From positions 124,001 through 188,000 of the forward strand of contig QPMI01000152.1 of NCBI GenBank assembly GCA_004431415.1: a DNA stretch of 64,000 nt. Direction: 5' to 3'. The stretch comes from Cyanophora paradoxa CCMP329. Its lineage: Eukaryota; Plantae; Glaucophyta. A program made the position numbers and the translations under genes. The notes below the pieces were generated by a model, which had not been told where the DNA came from, ran no database searches, and was given only the letters and a program-made list of their open reading frames with translations. Below are positions 28,759 through 42,472 of the stretch, piece after piece (positions within the stretch are counted from its first letter, which is position 1; each line of letters opens with the position of its first letter).

Positions 28759-31700
28759 CTAGAGGTTGATCTGCATGGGCGGGCGCGGGGTGGCGGGCCC
28801 CGGCTCGACGGCGGCGTAGGCGACGGCGACGTCTGCCGGCTCCGCCTCGACGAGGGCGTGGTGGTCGCGGTCCGGGCGGACGGCGATGGAGCCGGCGGGG
28901 AGGCCGCGCAGGTCCGCCTCGATCGAGCGGTTGCGCACGACGCGGCGGATCTCGGGCTTGTAGACGACCTCGCCCGAGTTGTTGTGGTAGAGGCGGTGCC
29001 AGGGGTCGCCCATGGCGGCCTCCTTGGGCGCCCGCTCCGCCGCCTCCCGCTCGAGCCGGTCCTCCTCGGCGTGCCGCGCCGCGATGCGCGCCCGCCGCCG
29101 CGCCACCGGCTTCTTCGCCACCGCCTTGGCGCCCTCCCCGAAGAGCTCGAAGAGGCCCACCTGCCGGCGCCGGCGTGAGCGATCGGGGCGGGGCGGGGCG
29201 GGGCGGGGCGGCGGCGGGGCGCGCGCACCATCTGGCGCATCTGGTTGAGGGTGAGGAGGAGGGTGACGCCGATGTTGATGGCGAGCAGGGCGCCGGAGAT
29301 GCCGTCGTTCGCCGCGGAGCCGCGCCCGAGGAGGATCCACATGAGCACGAAGATGGTGGCCTCGGCGGCCGTGCAGATGGACTGCACGATGTTCTCGATG
29401 CGGTCGCGGTAGGGGCGGATGACGACGAGGAAGATGAGGTGGAGGGCCGAGTAGCAGAAGAGGAGCATGAGGGCGACGTACATGGCGGCGTTGCTCTGGT
29501 CGGCGCCCCAGAAGCCGATGGTGAGGCACGTCGCCGCCTTCTTCGCGGCGTCCATCGCGCCGCCGAGGAAGGCGAGGCGGCGGAAGCAGTACTCCTCGAA
29601 GACGGGCGAGTAGCGCTCCATGAACTCCTCCTCGTCCTCGTCCGTCGCCCGCCAGCGGCCCTTGGAGGCCGCCCGCTGCATCCGCTTCCACGCGCGGATG
29701 AAGCCGCGCCAGCAGCCGCGCTTCTTCTGCTTCTTCTGCAGCTCGGGCGGGGCGCGGACGACGTCGATGTAGAGGGGGTCGGGCTTCTTGGCGAAGGGGT
29801 CGCGCTCGCGGGTCGGGTCCCCGTCGTCCCACTCGTCGTTGCGGAACGAGTAGCGGGAGAAGCCGCCGCTGGAGCGCGCGTCGTCGCCCTCCGCCCCCGC
29901 CCCCTCCTCGTCCGTGCTCGCGTCCGTCACGTCCTCCACGATCTCGCCCTCCACGACCGCCCCGTGCTTGGCGCTCGCGAAGGCCCGCCGCTGCTCCTCC
30001 GTGTCGAAGAGCGAGCCGCGCCGGAATGACGTCTGCCCCGCCGCCGCCGCCGCCGCCGCCTGCGCCGCGAGCACGTCCTTCCGACGCCGGTGCCGCTGCA
30101 CGAGCGAGCGAGGCGGCTCAGCCGCGGGCCGGGGCTGGGGCAGCGCCGCTGCGCGAGGCAGGGCGCACAATGAAGACAATGGTGCGGCGGCGGTGGATGC
30201 GTGTCCACGCCATGTACGTGATCCAGAGCATGAATGTGATGGGGCACAGGAGCTGCGCGGGGGCGTCGGCGCGCAGCGAGCGCGGCGGGGCGGGGCGGGG
30301 CGGGGCGGGGCGCACGATGAGGCAGCCGAGGCCGCGCCTCCAGCCGCCCTGGGTGGAGACGACGAAGCCGGTGAAGAGGCAGATGCCCGGCAGCATCAAG
30401 ATCATCACCATCAGGTCGATCAGGGGCCAGCGCTGCGCGCGGCGCGGGGCGGGGCGGGGCGGGGCGGTGAGGGGGCGGGGGCGCCGCGGGCGGGCGGGGG
30501 CGAGGCGCACGATGCCGGTGGGGACGACGCCGCCGGTCTTGGCGCGGAGGGCGACGCGGCAGAGGAAGACGACGAGGGCGCGGAGGAAGAGGACGAAGGC
30601 GAGGACGACGGCCGACCAGAAGAGCACGGACGTGAAGTCGTCCCACCACTTGTCCGCGCTCGTGTACGCCACCTCCGTCACCGTCACCGTCTTCGTCGTC
30701 GTGTTCACCGCCTGCAGGAGCCAGCGCTCGCCCAGCAGCGCCCGCGCCCCGGCGACGACGGCGGTCGGGGGCGGGGCGGCGTCGGGGTCGACGGGGACGG
30801 TGACAGCGACGGTCTTGGTGGTGGTGCCGGTGCCGGCGGAGCGGCCCCAGGGCCCCATGGTCGGCTTGAGGAGGGCCCAGGAGAGGGAGTCGGCCATGTC
30901 CTTGTAGCCGGGCGGCGCGGCCCCGCCCCCGACGTAGGCCGTCGAGGCGAGGAAGGAGAGGTGCCCGAAGATGCCCATCACCCCCGCCAGCACCTTCCCG
31001 ATCCGGTCCCAGAACGTCTGCCGCGCGGCGCGGCGGTGAGGCGGGGCGCCGGCGGCGGCGCGGACGGGGCCGAGGGCGTCGGCACCTCGCTCTGGGCGCG
31101 CTTCTTGGCGAGGCGCGCCTCCCGCTCGAGCTCCTCCCGGGACTTGGGCGCCGGCAGCAGCGCCTTCTCGCTCGAGTCGATGGAGACCTTCACCTCGCCG
31201 GGCAGCGTCGTCGCCTCCGCCTGCGCCTGCCCCGCCCGCGGCCTCGCCTCCTCGTCGCCCGCCGCCAGCGCCCGCGAGCGCCCGTGCAACACGCCGGCAT
31301 CCCGCGCCCCCGCCGGCGTCGCTGACGGGCTCGCGCTCCGCGCCCGCAGCTCGGCCGCGCGCGGCGCCGGGGCGCCCCGGCCCCGCTGCGCCGGCGCGCC
31401 CTTGCCGCCCCGACGGCCGAGCCGACGGCGGCCGCGGCTCCGACGGCGGCGATGCCGGCCGCGGCGATGCCGACGCCTGCCATCCCCATGGCGGTCGACG
31501 CGGTCCTGCGCACTCGGTGGTCCGCCTCCACCGCCACATCGGCCCCGCCGCCCGCGTCGGCGCCCCCGCCGTCGCCCCGCCGCCGTCGCCGCCGCCGCCG
31601 CCGCCGTCGTTCGTCTGGACGCCGCCGCCGCCGCCGCTCATGGCGGCCTGGGCGCCGCTGACGACCTGGGCGGCCGCCGTGACGGCCGTGATGCCGGCCA

Positions 31701-34700
31701 CGGCGCCGATCGCGCCCGACATCGCGCTCCCGATCGCCCGGGACGTCGTGTAGTCGACCCTGCGCCGCGGCGGCGGCGGCGGCGGCGTCAGCGGCCCGCA
31801 CGCGGAGCGGGGCGGGGCGGGGCGGGGCGGGGCGGGCGGGGCGGACCCTCGGAGGAGGTGGCGTTGACGACCTCGACGACGCAGGTCTTGGAGACCTCGT
31901 CGTTGAGGGCGGAGACGGCGGTGAGGGTCAGCACGTACTGCCCGAACGGCGCGTCTGCCGGGAAGTCGAAGCCGGCGTCGAACGGGTCGAGCGGCTCGAC
32001 GGAGGGCGCGAAGCGGGCGGCGACGCTGACGGGGCCCGAGACCTGGCTCCAGTAGAGGTCGATGAGGGGCACGTCCAGCGAGGCCGAGGCCTGCACGCGC
32101 GAGCCGTTCCTGCCCCGCACGAAGCGCACGTTCTCCGCCAGCGTGATCTCGGGCGGGTCGAACGACTCCTCCTCCGTCATCTCGAACTCGTCCTTGGAGA
32201 TGGAGAGCGGGCTCACGCCGAACTGGCGCCCGAAGGGCAGCATGGCGAGGCTCTGCATCAGCGAGCGGTACGCCGCAGGGTCCTGCTTCGGCATGCGGAA
32301 GGACTTGAAGGCCACGACGGTCGTCGCCGCAAGCGCGGCGCGGCGCCGCGTGCTGGCGTAGTGCTTCACGTCGTAGAGCTGCTTCGCCTCGAGGCCCGCG
32401 GCGGCGGCGAGCTTCGCGAGGAAGTCCGGCGCGTACGGGTTCGGGTAGAACGCCCGGAACTCCTCGTACCCGATGTCCAGCTTGACGGCCACCTGCCAGT
32501 CTGCGGCCCCGCGTCGGCGGCGCGGGGCAACGGCGGCGGGGGCGGCCGGGGCGCACTCTTCGGCGGGAAGATGGTGAAGGCGCGCGTGAGGGAGCCGCGG
32601 AAGCCGGCGTTGTCGGTGGCGACCATGGTGAGGGAGTAGTTGCCGATCGCCGGCGTCTTCCACGTGAAGGTCGCGTTGTTCTCGCCCCCGGCCGCCACCG
32701 AGAGCAGGTTGACCTTGCGGGTGTTGCCTGGCGCCGCCACCAGCGTCCACGCGCAGTGCAGGACGTCGCGGAGGGCCCACTCGCCGGTGGCGGGGTCGCG
32801 CCAGCGGGAGCCCTTGCTGTCGAGCGCGACGACGACGAGGTCGTCCACCGGCATGTAGAGCTTCGAGGCGAACATGCCCCCGAAGACCGGCACCGGCGGC
32901 AGGTACGACGGCGCTGCCCCCGCGTCGGCGCGGGGCGGGGCGGCGCGCGGCGCGGGGCGAGGGCGGCGGCGCGCGCACCGACGGTGATGTTGGCGGAGAT
33001 GGTGGCGATCACGAGGGGCGCCCCGGCGGGGGAGAAGCCGTCGATGGGGACGGCGAAGGAGGCGGAGGAGGGGACGATGCCCTCGACGCCCATGGCGCCG
33101 ACGGTGACGAGGAAGGAGGAGGCGGGGCCCGAGGCGGAGGCCTCGTGCCGCCCCGCGGTGAAGTTGAGCGTCGCGTTGGCCGCCGAGCCCGTCACGGAGC
33201 CGACGCCGACGACCCCGAGGAGGGCCGGCGCGGGGCTCCCCGCGCGCCGCAGCGTCACGCGGCAGGTCGCCACCGTGTCCACGAAGACCGAGGCCGGCGT
33301 GCACGCGACCGTCGAGGTGGCGTCGGGGTACGGCAGCACGGTCAGCGCCCGCGCGGCGTAGCGCTCCGAGAAGGTCGGGCGCGTCCCGTTGGCGTCCGGC
33401 GCGGCGGTGGCGTTGACGAGCGTGCGGAGGACGGCGAGCTCGGCGGGGCCGGTGGCGCCCATGCGGGCGGTGAAGAGGAGCGCGGAGGCGTTGCCCGACG
33501 CGAACCCGTCGCCGAGGGCCACGACGGCGGCCGCGCTCGCGTTGGCGGCGTCGCCCGGCGCTACCGAGAACTCGGCCCCGTCGACGGCGACGGGATCGCC
33601 GTAGCCGTTGCGCGGGTGGAAGGTGCAGCTGACGGTGGCGCCGAGCATGGCGTGACCCCCGTTGGCCTTCTCCTGCGACGAGCACGACAGGAACGACTTC
33701 GTCGAGTTCACCCGCAGCATCGGGTCAGGCACTGCCGCCCGGCCAGCGGTGAGGGAGGGGTCAGGGCGGGGGTGGGGCGCGCGGGGCCGCACGCGGGACG
33801 GGCTGGATGAGGGGCACGACGACGACGCCGCCGGCGCCGCCGAGGGGCGGGAGGGTGCCGAGGGCGAGGAAGGTGCCGTCCGGGGCGGCGGTGATCGTGC
33901 GGAACGTCTTCGAGCTCGGGAAATCGTAGTCGGGCCGCGTCTTCGCGCCCGTTGCCGTCGAGTAGAAGCGCAGCGTGAAGTCGTTGCCCGCCGTCACGAA
34001 GTACGAGCCGTCGGGGGAGAACGCGACGGCGTACACGCCCTCCTGGTTCGCCTCCTTGTTGATGGAGTGTACCGCGATGCCGTCGGCCGCCCTCCACACC
34101 GCCGTCACTGCGTGCGAGCCGTCGGGAACGGCGCGCCCCGCGGGCTCCAATCCGGCGCACCGAGTGGCTTCGTAGTGCCCGGCGCGCTCGAAGTCGCTAC
34201 GAGCTTGCTGTCGGGGGAGATACTCACACCGTACACCCACCGCTGCGAACCCACGTGAGTGACGAGCGGCCTGTGCTGCCTCTGACAGAGAGAGCGCGCA
34301 CCCCGTGTCCGGTAAAATTGGAGATCTCGCTCCCCGATGCCATGGACAGAACACGCGAGAGGGAGTCGCCCGATCCGTCGCCGACGACGACGCAGAAGCT
34401 CCGGTCGGGGGACAGGGCCACGTTCAAGATCGCGTGCGTCCCTTCGATCTTCCACATGAGGCCCGTGGCGTTCCAGGCGTACACGTCGCCCGTGTACGAG
34501 CCAGCCACAACGACAGACGCGTCGTCGGACGCGGCGACGGCGAAGATGCCCGTGTCGGACACTCCGGCGACAGCGTCCGCCCTCCCGTCCTCCATCTCCC
34601 GCCGCAGCTCGAGCGTGCCGTTCTCCGCCACCGACCAGACGCGCACCACGCCGTCCGCCCCGCCAGTCACAAGCAGCGTACCGTTGCCGACCAGAGCGAC

Positions 34701-35143
34701 GCCGTGGAGGGCCGAGCCGAGCTTGTGCTCGTACAGTAGCGTAGGGCTGAAGGTGACGTTGTAGATGGATGTCGTCTGGACGCGATGCAGGCGGATGTAG
34801 CCGGCGCGGTCGCCCCAGGCTACGAGGCCGTAAGCAACTCGGGTCCCGTTCTCGGTCCGGTTTACGGAGTACGAGGAGATGCTGAATACGCTGCTGTCGT
34901 TCACGCCGGCTGTGCCGGGGATATACGTAGGCATCGCATAGGGGTTCTCAGCGTGCTCAGCTTGCGCCCCTGCGCAGGTCGCTCGAACACACGACTGCGC
35001 TGCGAGTTGCCAAGGGCAGACGCACCACTCCAGCAGGCAAGTGCGACGACGCAAACCAGCGCTGCAACAAGCGCTCTCCTGCCAGCCCGCTCGACGGCGG
35101 ACCCACCGCGAGTGGTCCTCCGTCCGGCATCAGAGCGCTGCAT
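28759..35143 (-). CDS. Very large membrane protein: signal anchor, WD40 propeller, Ig/PKD-REJ-like beta domains and a multi-pass TM region (TRP/Pkd2-like C-terminus)
   Basis: Hydrophobic N-terminus ALVAALVCVVALACWSG. WD40 motifs LLVTGGADGVVRVWS and VYAVAFSPDGSYFVTAGNDFTLRFY. Beta-rich segments with N-glycosylation sequons and LYWSQVSGP. TM helices end in LIFLVVIRPYRDRIENIVQ. Confidence 0.7.
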
Positions 35144-36208
35144 GCGACGGCAGACAAGCATGAGCCATAAAGAACTGAAGTTGCATAGCGTGGAACGGTC
35201 CGCCCGCACCTCTGATGCCGCCAACCTACTGTTGGTCGAAGTTCCGAGGGCTGGACCGAGTGAAGGCGCCCCCCCGCCTCCGTCAAGTATACGATGCATC
35301 ATGCTATCGCAACAGAGCAGATCCACGCATTCAGATGGCGCCGAACCGAGCCCTGACGCCCGACAAGGCCACCGAACCGCTGATTCCACGATCCGCTTCA
35401 GTGACGCGTCAGCTGCAAGCTCGCTGGAGCGGAGCAGCGCCTCGAAGAAGCTGAAGCTGCACACTCAATTGCAATCAGACGGTGCACAGAAGCCTGACCG
35501 TCGCGTCGTTCAAAACAACCAGGAGTCGCCAAAAGCTTCTTAACTGCCAGGACTGGTCGAGAACCGCGCGCTGCGACGCCTTGCCAAGTTGGGAGGCAGC
35601 AGCAGCAGCGGCAGCTTTTGCAGCCAGGCCTAGGCGCGGCAGCAAGGGATCCCCCCGGAGCGCTGCAGATCTTCAAGGCTGGAGCTCCGGTGTTCGGACC
35701 GGGATACGGGATCATGCAGCAGCCCTATAGCCGCTGAGCCTACAGGCAGACCAATCCGCCCTTCGAATTCGGGGCCTGAATTTGTTAATTGCGTAGGCCA
35801 TGCAAGGGGCGTACGCCGTACGTATATATATACCTGCCTGGTATATGCGTTGCGGATTCGATCGCCGAAGCTTGCGAGTCTCGAGCTATAGCTCGATCGT
35901 CGGCAATTATACACGTACCCCAACGTCACCAATTTGCAACGGGACCCGCTAAGAGTCTATGAAGCGAACGAAGCGAGGCCAGCCCGCCCCCAGGCGGCCC
36001 CCTACCTCCCCCCCCGAAGGCGTGAGTAAGGGGTACGGTGCCAGGCAGAACAGAGGCAGTCGAAGCGAGTAGGCCCTTAGAGAGGAAGCGGGGCTAGCGT
36101 CCCTCCTGGCGCCTCTACGGCGCAGCGCATTTGCAGCGTGTATACATCCGCTGCACTGTCCAGCGCAGGAGCAGTGTTGCTTAGCGTTACCTCAGCCCCG
36201 TCGGGGTG

Positions 36209-37758
36209 ATGGGCGAGGTGAGCGCTGCTGCGAGCGGTGCCGCAAGCGGTGCTGAGAGTTCTCCTGTCGCCTCGGACGACGCTGCTGTGGAGGTGCCAAA
36301 CGACGCCGAAGGCAATGGCAAGCAGCAGAAAGTACGCGGCCCTCGCCGCCCTGAGAACTCTTTCTTGCTGTTCGCGAACGAGGTTTGTCACAATGCATAC
36401 GCGCCTTTGTGAGCGCCGTCGCTGGGCTTCGATCGATCCCGTTTCGATCTCCGCTGCAGTTCCGCAAGAAGATCAGAAAGCAGCACCCCGGCATGAAGAA
36501 CGGGGAGCTATCTCGAGTACTCGGCGTGGCGTGGCGCTCGCTGGATCCGGTACGTGCGCGTTCGCTCTCCCTTGGCGCACGCGCACCGCCAGCGCCAACC
36601 TTGGACGCTGCAGGCGGACAAAGCGAAGTACGAGGAGCAGGCGAAAGCGATTCGGGACAAATTTCGCCTGGAGCACCCGGAGTACAACTTCTTCGGCATG
36701 AAGGAGCGGGCAAAGGCCGCGCCGCAAGGCAAGGCGAATGCCACGGCGCCCCTCAGCGAGGAGCAGAAGGCGAGCTACAAGAAGATGTGGCAGGCCACGC
36801 AGAAGAAGAGCAGGAAGAGAGGTGGAGGTGCGGCGTCCGAGCCCGGCGCGCCGGGGCCCAGCGGCCACGCGTCCTCCTCTGGTTCATCAGCCGCGCCCAC
36901 TGCCCCGAGCGGAGTGCCTGCACCCGCCCCCCCAGTCGTCCCCGGCGCGATCCCCGTCACATTCCCCTACCCTTCCGCCCCGCCCAGCCTACTTTCGCCC
37001 TCCTCCGCGTTGCCCGGCGTCGCGTCCATCACCGGCCTTCACTCGCCGGCACACTTCCCCGCCCCGCCCGTCGGCCCTCTCTATAGGCCCTCTCCCGGCT
37101 CCTCCAGTGCCTACCCTTCCTCGCCTCCTTCTCCCCCGGTGCGGAGGGCAGCCTGCCGCGTTCCTGCGCTTGCTTATGCGCCTCGCAGCGATCCATGTTC
37201 GGCCCCCCGTCCTCGTTCGGCTCCTTTGGAGTCGCCGTGCGTCCGCGCCCGCCCGCCGCGCTCCCTGCCGGCGTCTCATCGACCCGCAGGCGCGCCGCGC
37301 TCCCGCGACATCCTTCCCCGCCGGCCTCCCCCTCTCCGCCCTCACCGGCGAGTGCTGTCCGCCGGGTTCCGTCTGCGGCCCCGGTCAGGTGTGCGTTCCG
37401 GGCCAGGCTGGCGGGCCTCAGGAAGGGTACCCGTCGAGCGTCGAGGTCCGCTCCACGCCTCCACGCTCGCCGCTCGCCGCCGACGCCCCCGCAGGCGCCG
37501 GCGGTGCGGCTCTCCGTGGCGGGGCCGGCGCCGCCGACGGCGCTGCCGTGCTGCAGCGAGCTGGGGAACAGGCTGCCGCCGCTCTCGGCGGGGGCGCGGG
37601 AGCCGCAGGGGGCGGCGAGCTGGGAGACGTGGCGGCGGTACTCGCAGGGGGCGCTGCCGCCGCTCGCCGACCTCTTCCCGGAGTTCGCGCGGCCGAGGGT
37701 CTCCCTCGCCGCCGGCGCCGGCGCCGGCGCCCTCATGGACCTCGCCTCCTCCCGCTGA
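36209..37758 (+). CDS. HMG-box transcription factor (SOX/TCF/MATA-type single box); 3' end approximate
   Basis: PRRPENSFLLFANE|FRKKIRKQHPGMKNGELSRVLGVAWRSLDP|ADKAKYEEQAKAIRDKFRLEHPEYNF, followed by a Pro/Ser-rich tail. Confidence 0.85.
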
Positions 37759-38143
37759 TCACCGGCCGCGCCCGCACCCGCCCGCGCCCGGGATTCGCAG
37801 CCGCATACACGTTTCAAGCAGACTCTGATATCAGTTTCAAGTAACTTTCAAATAGCATGCGCAGTAGCCGTATGTGTTAGGTCGCCTTTGGATTGGGTTC
37901 GATGACAGATGTTATATAACTATAGAAATGCGAAGATTCAGTGATTCCGGTGCTTCGTCGATTGCAGCTCCCACGGCCACCCAAGTCGCAACCACATGTG
38001 CATGCACGTGCACCTTGCTGTGGTGGCATTGCAAATTGCCAGTTGAGTTCGAATTCAAGACGTCGACAGGGAGGGTGAAAGCCGCAGCGCGGGGGCGGGA
38101 AGGAGGGCGGCGAGGGGGAATCGGGGGGGGCGGGGGCCGGGGG

Positions 38144-39800
38144 CTACCAGCCGCGGAAGCGGGTCATGGAGGCGAAGAAGAGCGGGGGCAGGCCGCGGTT
38201 CTCCTTGCTGTTGCGCTTGAGCTGGTAGGCGAGGCAGGTGAGGGACCAGAAGGCGAGGAAGGTGAGGCCCAGCAGGAAGAAGCCGAAGTAGAGCCGGAAC
38301 GTGAAGCTGCGCGGGGGGGGGGGGGGGGGGGGGGGGTACCGTCGCGCTCGGGGCTCGGAGGAGGGGGCGCCGGGCGGGCCGGGGCGCACGCGGGGGCGGG
38401 GAACTCCGGGGGCGCCGGGAGCGACGCGTCCACGATCGTGACGCGGACGGCGTACGCCGCGTTGGGGTACGCCGTCCCCATGTCCGCGATGCGGCCCTGC
38501 GGGAGCGCGTCAGCGGGGGGCGGGGGCGCCCGGCAGGGATCGCGGGGGCCGCACGGTCCAGCGGTCGCCGTAGGCGGAGCCGCGGGTGTGGGCGAAGCTC
38601 CAGCTGGTGGTGGCGGGGTCGAAGAGGACGCCCACGCGCAGCAGCGTCAGGCGCTCCACCGTCGCCTGCGCGGGGCGCGGCGCCGCCTCAGCCGCCGCGG
38701 GGGCCGCCCCGGCCGGGCGCGCACGGTCCCGGCGTCGTAGTCGCGCGTGATGCGGAACGTCGGCACCGACGCGAACTGCGGCCGGGCCGTGAGCAGGAGC
38801 GGCGGGCATCGCGGAGGGGCGGGGCGCGCACGGCGGAGCCCCCCACGAAAATGAGGCCCTGGGTGGTCGTGGTGAACATGCCGGAGAAGATAGAGACGAA
38901 CTGGGTCTGGGCCTGCGCGGGGCCCGAGGGCCGGTGGGCCGCCTGCCGCACGGATTGGGGGCGTCTGGCTCGCCTGGGGGTCCACAGCGGGGTTGGGAAG
39001 CCGGAGCAACGCCTCTCCTGTGAGGAAGAGACTCCTGTAGTCCGTCTGGCCGGGGCTAGGCATGAAGGGCATGGTGTGCGGCGCGGTCAAGGGCCGCGCG
39101 GCGCGCGGAAGGCGCGGGAGGGGAGGGAGAACTTCCGACGCGGAGCCAAGGATATGAATTGCGGGTTCACTAGGAGGGGGTTGCCGACGCCCCCGCGGCT
39201 GTCGACCACGGCCTGGGAGCGGGCATCAGGCACTCTGAATGACGGGGTCGGATCGGGCCAGCGCACAGACAGAGGCACGTCCGCGCCGTTAACCGTAGCG
39301 GTGGCTACAGGGCGCAGCAAGAGGCTCGATGCGGATGGCCGGAAAGCTAGTGCCGCGTACGACTCGGGCCGCACGCGGCTGGTCTGCTGATAGTTCTTGA
39401 TCATATCCAGCGTATCGTACGCCGTGGCATTGAACAGCAGCAGCTCGTACCTGCGCGCATGGGTGCCTGAGCCGGGATGCGCGAGCAGAAAGCGGGGGCG
39501 CTCGCTCACACAAAGAAGTAGACGCCGATCAGGAGGAGGCAGGAGAGCACAGCTATGTAGGAGGTCATGCGCAACCATCCCTGCTCGTCGCTATACACGT
39601 CCAGCACTGCGCCGGCTGTCAGGCCGCGCTGGCGCTGCACGAAATTCAAACGCACGCCGATAGCCGCGCTTGGAGGCAAGCTCCGCCTCCACAGGCAGAT
39701 GCCATTCCTGAGCTGTCTCAACTGTTGTCTCCGGGATGGCGCTTAGCCTCCGCTGCTGCGGAGCTGGCGTCGCCAGGGCCGCCTGCCGCGAGGCGAGCAT
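38144..39800 (-). CDS. Uncharacterised two-TM membrane protein with a large beta-rich loop (start approximate)
   Basis: TM1 SYIAVLSCLLLIGVYFFV and TM2 LYFGFFLLGLTFLAFWSLTCLAY, with regular short introns in between. Confidence 0.55.
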
Positions 39801-39928
39801 GGGGCCGGCTCTTTTTTGATCCACAAGTCACAGCTATCGGGAGGATCCGTAAAAGACAGCCCCGCTTCCCCTTGGCTTCATGCCTGGCTCAAACCTTGCT
39901 TTCGCTGGGGTACGCAGAACACGTGACA

Positions 39929-40629
39929 ATGCTTCGACGAGCAGGGATCCGAGCGGCTGCCGGTGCGCGCCCATTTCGGAGACCGGGCGTTCGCGCGCTC
40001 TCTGGAGCGCCCGGCGGCTCCTCCGTCTCCGCCGCTGCACCGGCGCAAGCGCTGCTGGACGTCGCGGGGGTGCGTTCGGCTTGCTAGCTCGTTTAGTATC
40101 GCCTGCGAACCTCTCGCAGCCGCCCGAGGTGCCGTCGTGGTCGGTCGAGGAGCTGCTGGCCTCGCCTACCGGCGCGGAGCCGCCCGAGGTCTCGGACGCG
40201 GAGCTTGATCGCCTGGCCGAGCTGGCTTGCTTGAAGATCCCCCAGGAGGAGCGCGCGAAGGTGCCTTCCGCGCCAGCTCGCCGCCAGGGCCGTCCGAAGC
40301 GGCCGCAGGTGCGGGAAGACCTGCGCGGCATCCTGCGCTGCATCGACCACGTGCGCGAAGTGGACGTCGAGGGCGTCGAGCCGATGTACAGCCCGCTGCA
40401 GGACAAGGTCACGCTGCGGCTCCGGCCCGACGAGGTCACGGAGGGCGGCGACGCGGAGCAGGCGAGCCGCGGCACCCGCCCTCGCCGCCCCTCGCTTGTC
40501 GCAGACGCGCGCGCCGGGCGGCAGGTGCTGGCGAACGCGGCGAAGCGCTCGGGCGCCTACTTCGTCGTGCCGCGCGTCATCGCGGGCGACTCGAGGGACA
40601 CGGGCGCGAGCGCCGACGTGCCGCCCTAG
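39929..40629 (+). CDS. gatC: Glu-tRNA(Gln) amidotransferase subunit C, probably mitochondrial
   Basis: Arg-rich presequence [12 protein letters not shown], then [13 protein letters not shown]...[22 protein letters not shown]...LRPDEV...[19 protein letters not shown]. Confidence 0.88.
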
Positions 40630-40796
40630 CTCCCGCGCCCCGCCTTGCCCCGCCGGGGCTTTCCTCCCTGCCGTCACCCCCTTTCCTCTCCCTTTGAGCA
40701 ACTAAGAATAATGTGGTCTCCTCGCATTGTGCAAGAAGCGGGGCGGGGCGGGGCGAGGCGGGGCGGGGCGAGCGAGCGGGAGGGGGCCGGGGGGCA

Positions 40797-42278
40797 TCAA
40801 CATGCGCTGGGGCCCTGCCCGGGGCGGTAGGGCCGGAGCAGGTTCTCGGAGAACGAGAGGAGGGAGGGCACGCCCCGGACCTGCCAGGCGGCTCAAAAGG
40901 GCGGGCGGGGCGGGGGCGGGGGCGGGGGCGGGCCTCGGAGGGGAGGAGGGGCAGGCGGACGACGTGGAAGTCCTCGTAGAGGTCGCCGATCTGGTCCACG
41001 TACTTCTGCTGCATCTTCACGCGCGCGTTGCACAGCCCGCACGTGCTCCCGGGCTCCGGCATCACGTTCTGGTTCACGATGATGTTGTGCACGTCGATCT
41101 CGAACTTTGCGAGCTCCTGCGCCCCCGCGCGCCCCGGCGCTGCGTCAGGGAGGCGGGGCGGGGCGGGGCGGGGCGGGGCCGGGAGCGGAGGCGGCGGGCG
41201 GGCCTGGACGAGGCGCTCCGTCTCGTAGAGGGAGAGGAACTCGGGTATGCAGACGCAGACGAACGTCGTGCGCGCCTGCGGCGAGGGGCCGCCTCGCCGG
41301 GCGGCCGGGGGCGGGGCGGGGCAGGGCGGGGCGGGCGGGGCACACGGGGTCCTTGAACTGCTCGTTGACCTTGGAGATGACCTCCTTGGTCCCCTCGAGC
41401 TTCGCCAGCAGCTGGTCCTCCGTGGGCAGCGCCCCGCCCGGCAGCAGCGCCGTCACCTGCCCCCGCGCCCACCTCAGCGCCCCGCGCGGCGCCCGGCCGC
41501 CGTGCGCCGGCGTGGCGCGCCTGGTTAAAGATGCCCGAGAACTTGTTCTTCAGCTTCATGATCTTCGCCAGGCCCTTCTCCAGGATGCTCGGGAACTGTG
41601 CGCCCGCGTCGCGCCGGCGCGCACGCCCGGGGCGGCGGGCGGGCGGGGCGAGCCTGCAGGAGCCGGAGGGTGTGGCCCGTGGGCGCCGTATCGAAGACGA
41701 TGGTCTCGTAGTCCATGGACTGCACCAGCCTGCGGCGGCCGTGAGCGCGTGGCGCGCGGGCCGCGGCGCCGCGCGCCCGCGGCCGCGCACTTCATCAGCT
41801 CGGCGAAGCTCATCGCCTCGTCGATGCCGGGGAGCGAGCCGGCGAGCTCGCTGATGAGCGAGTTCGTCTCCGTGTCCAGCACGTCCCGCTCCTCCAGCTC
41901 CACCGTCGGGTCAATCTCCTGCGCTCGCGCTCAGCGGCGCCGCGCCGGCGACGCGCCGCCTCTGCGCGCGCGCCATTGCGTAGAGGTTGTTGAAGCCGTT
42001 CACGAGGACGGGCGACTTCGAGAACTTCTGGCCGAACGCATCGCTGAGGTTGTGCGCCGGGTCTGTGCTGATGATGAGCACGCTCCTCCGCGCCTTGCTA
42101 AGCTGCACCGCGAGCGACGAGCTGCACGTCGTCTTGCCCACGCCGCCTGCCGGCGCACCACCACGTCCATGTGAGCGCGCGTCGCGCACGCGCCCCACCG
42201 GCGCGGCGCACCCTTTCCGCCTACGAAAATCCACTTGAGGGACTGCATCTTGATGATGTTCTCTAGGGTCGGCTCCAT
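40797..42278 (-). CDS. GET3: GET3/ASNA1/TRC40 tail-anchored protein targeting ATPase
   Basis: KWIFVGGK|[55 protein letters not shown] and the CxxC motif CGLC. Confidence 0.93.
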
Positions 42279-42472
42279 CGCTGCTCGTTCAATGCGCACA
42301 ACCGGAGGAGCGCAGACCGTCTCGACTGCTTCTAAATCGCCGCTTTAAGCTGCGAATGTGCGCGAGGCTTGCGGGCTGCTCTGCGTCGCCGTACCCCTTC
42401 CGAGCAGACGTACCCGCGCGGCCGAGCGCGCCTGCAAACGGCGGCCTTCGCGGCCGCCCGTTGGCCGCAGAT

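Noticed and set aside
40797-42278. ArsA-like ATPase as a third member of the arsenic cluster
   Set aside because: It is a typical single-domain eukaryotic GET3/ASNA1 (CxxC dimer motif, GET3-type sequence) that lies more than 30 kb from arsJ and is paired with VPS13. The ArsA family name is coincidental.
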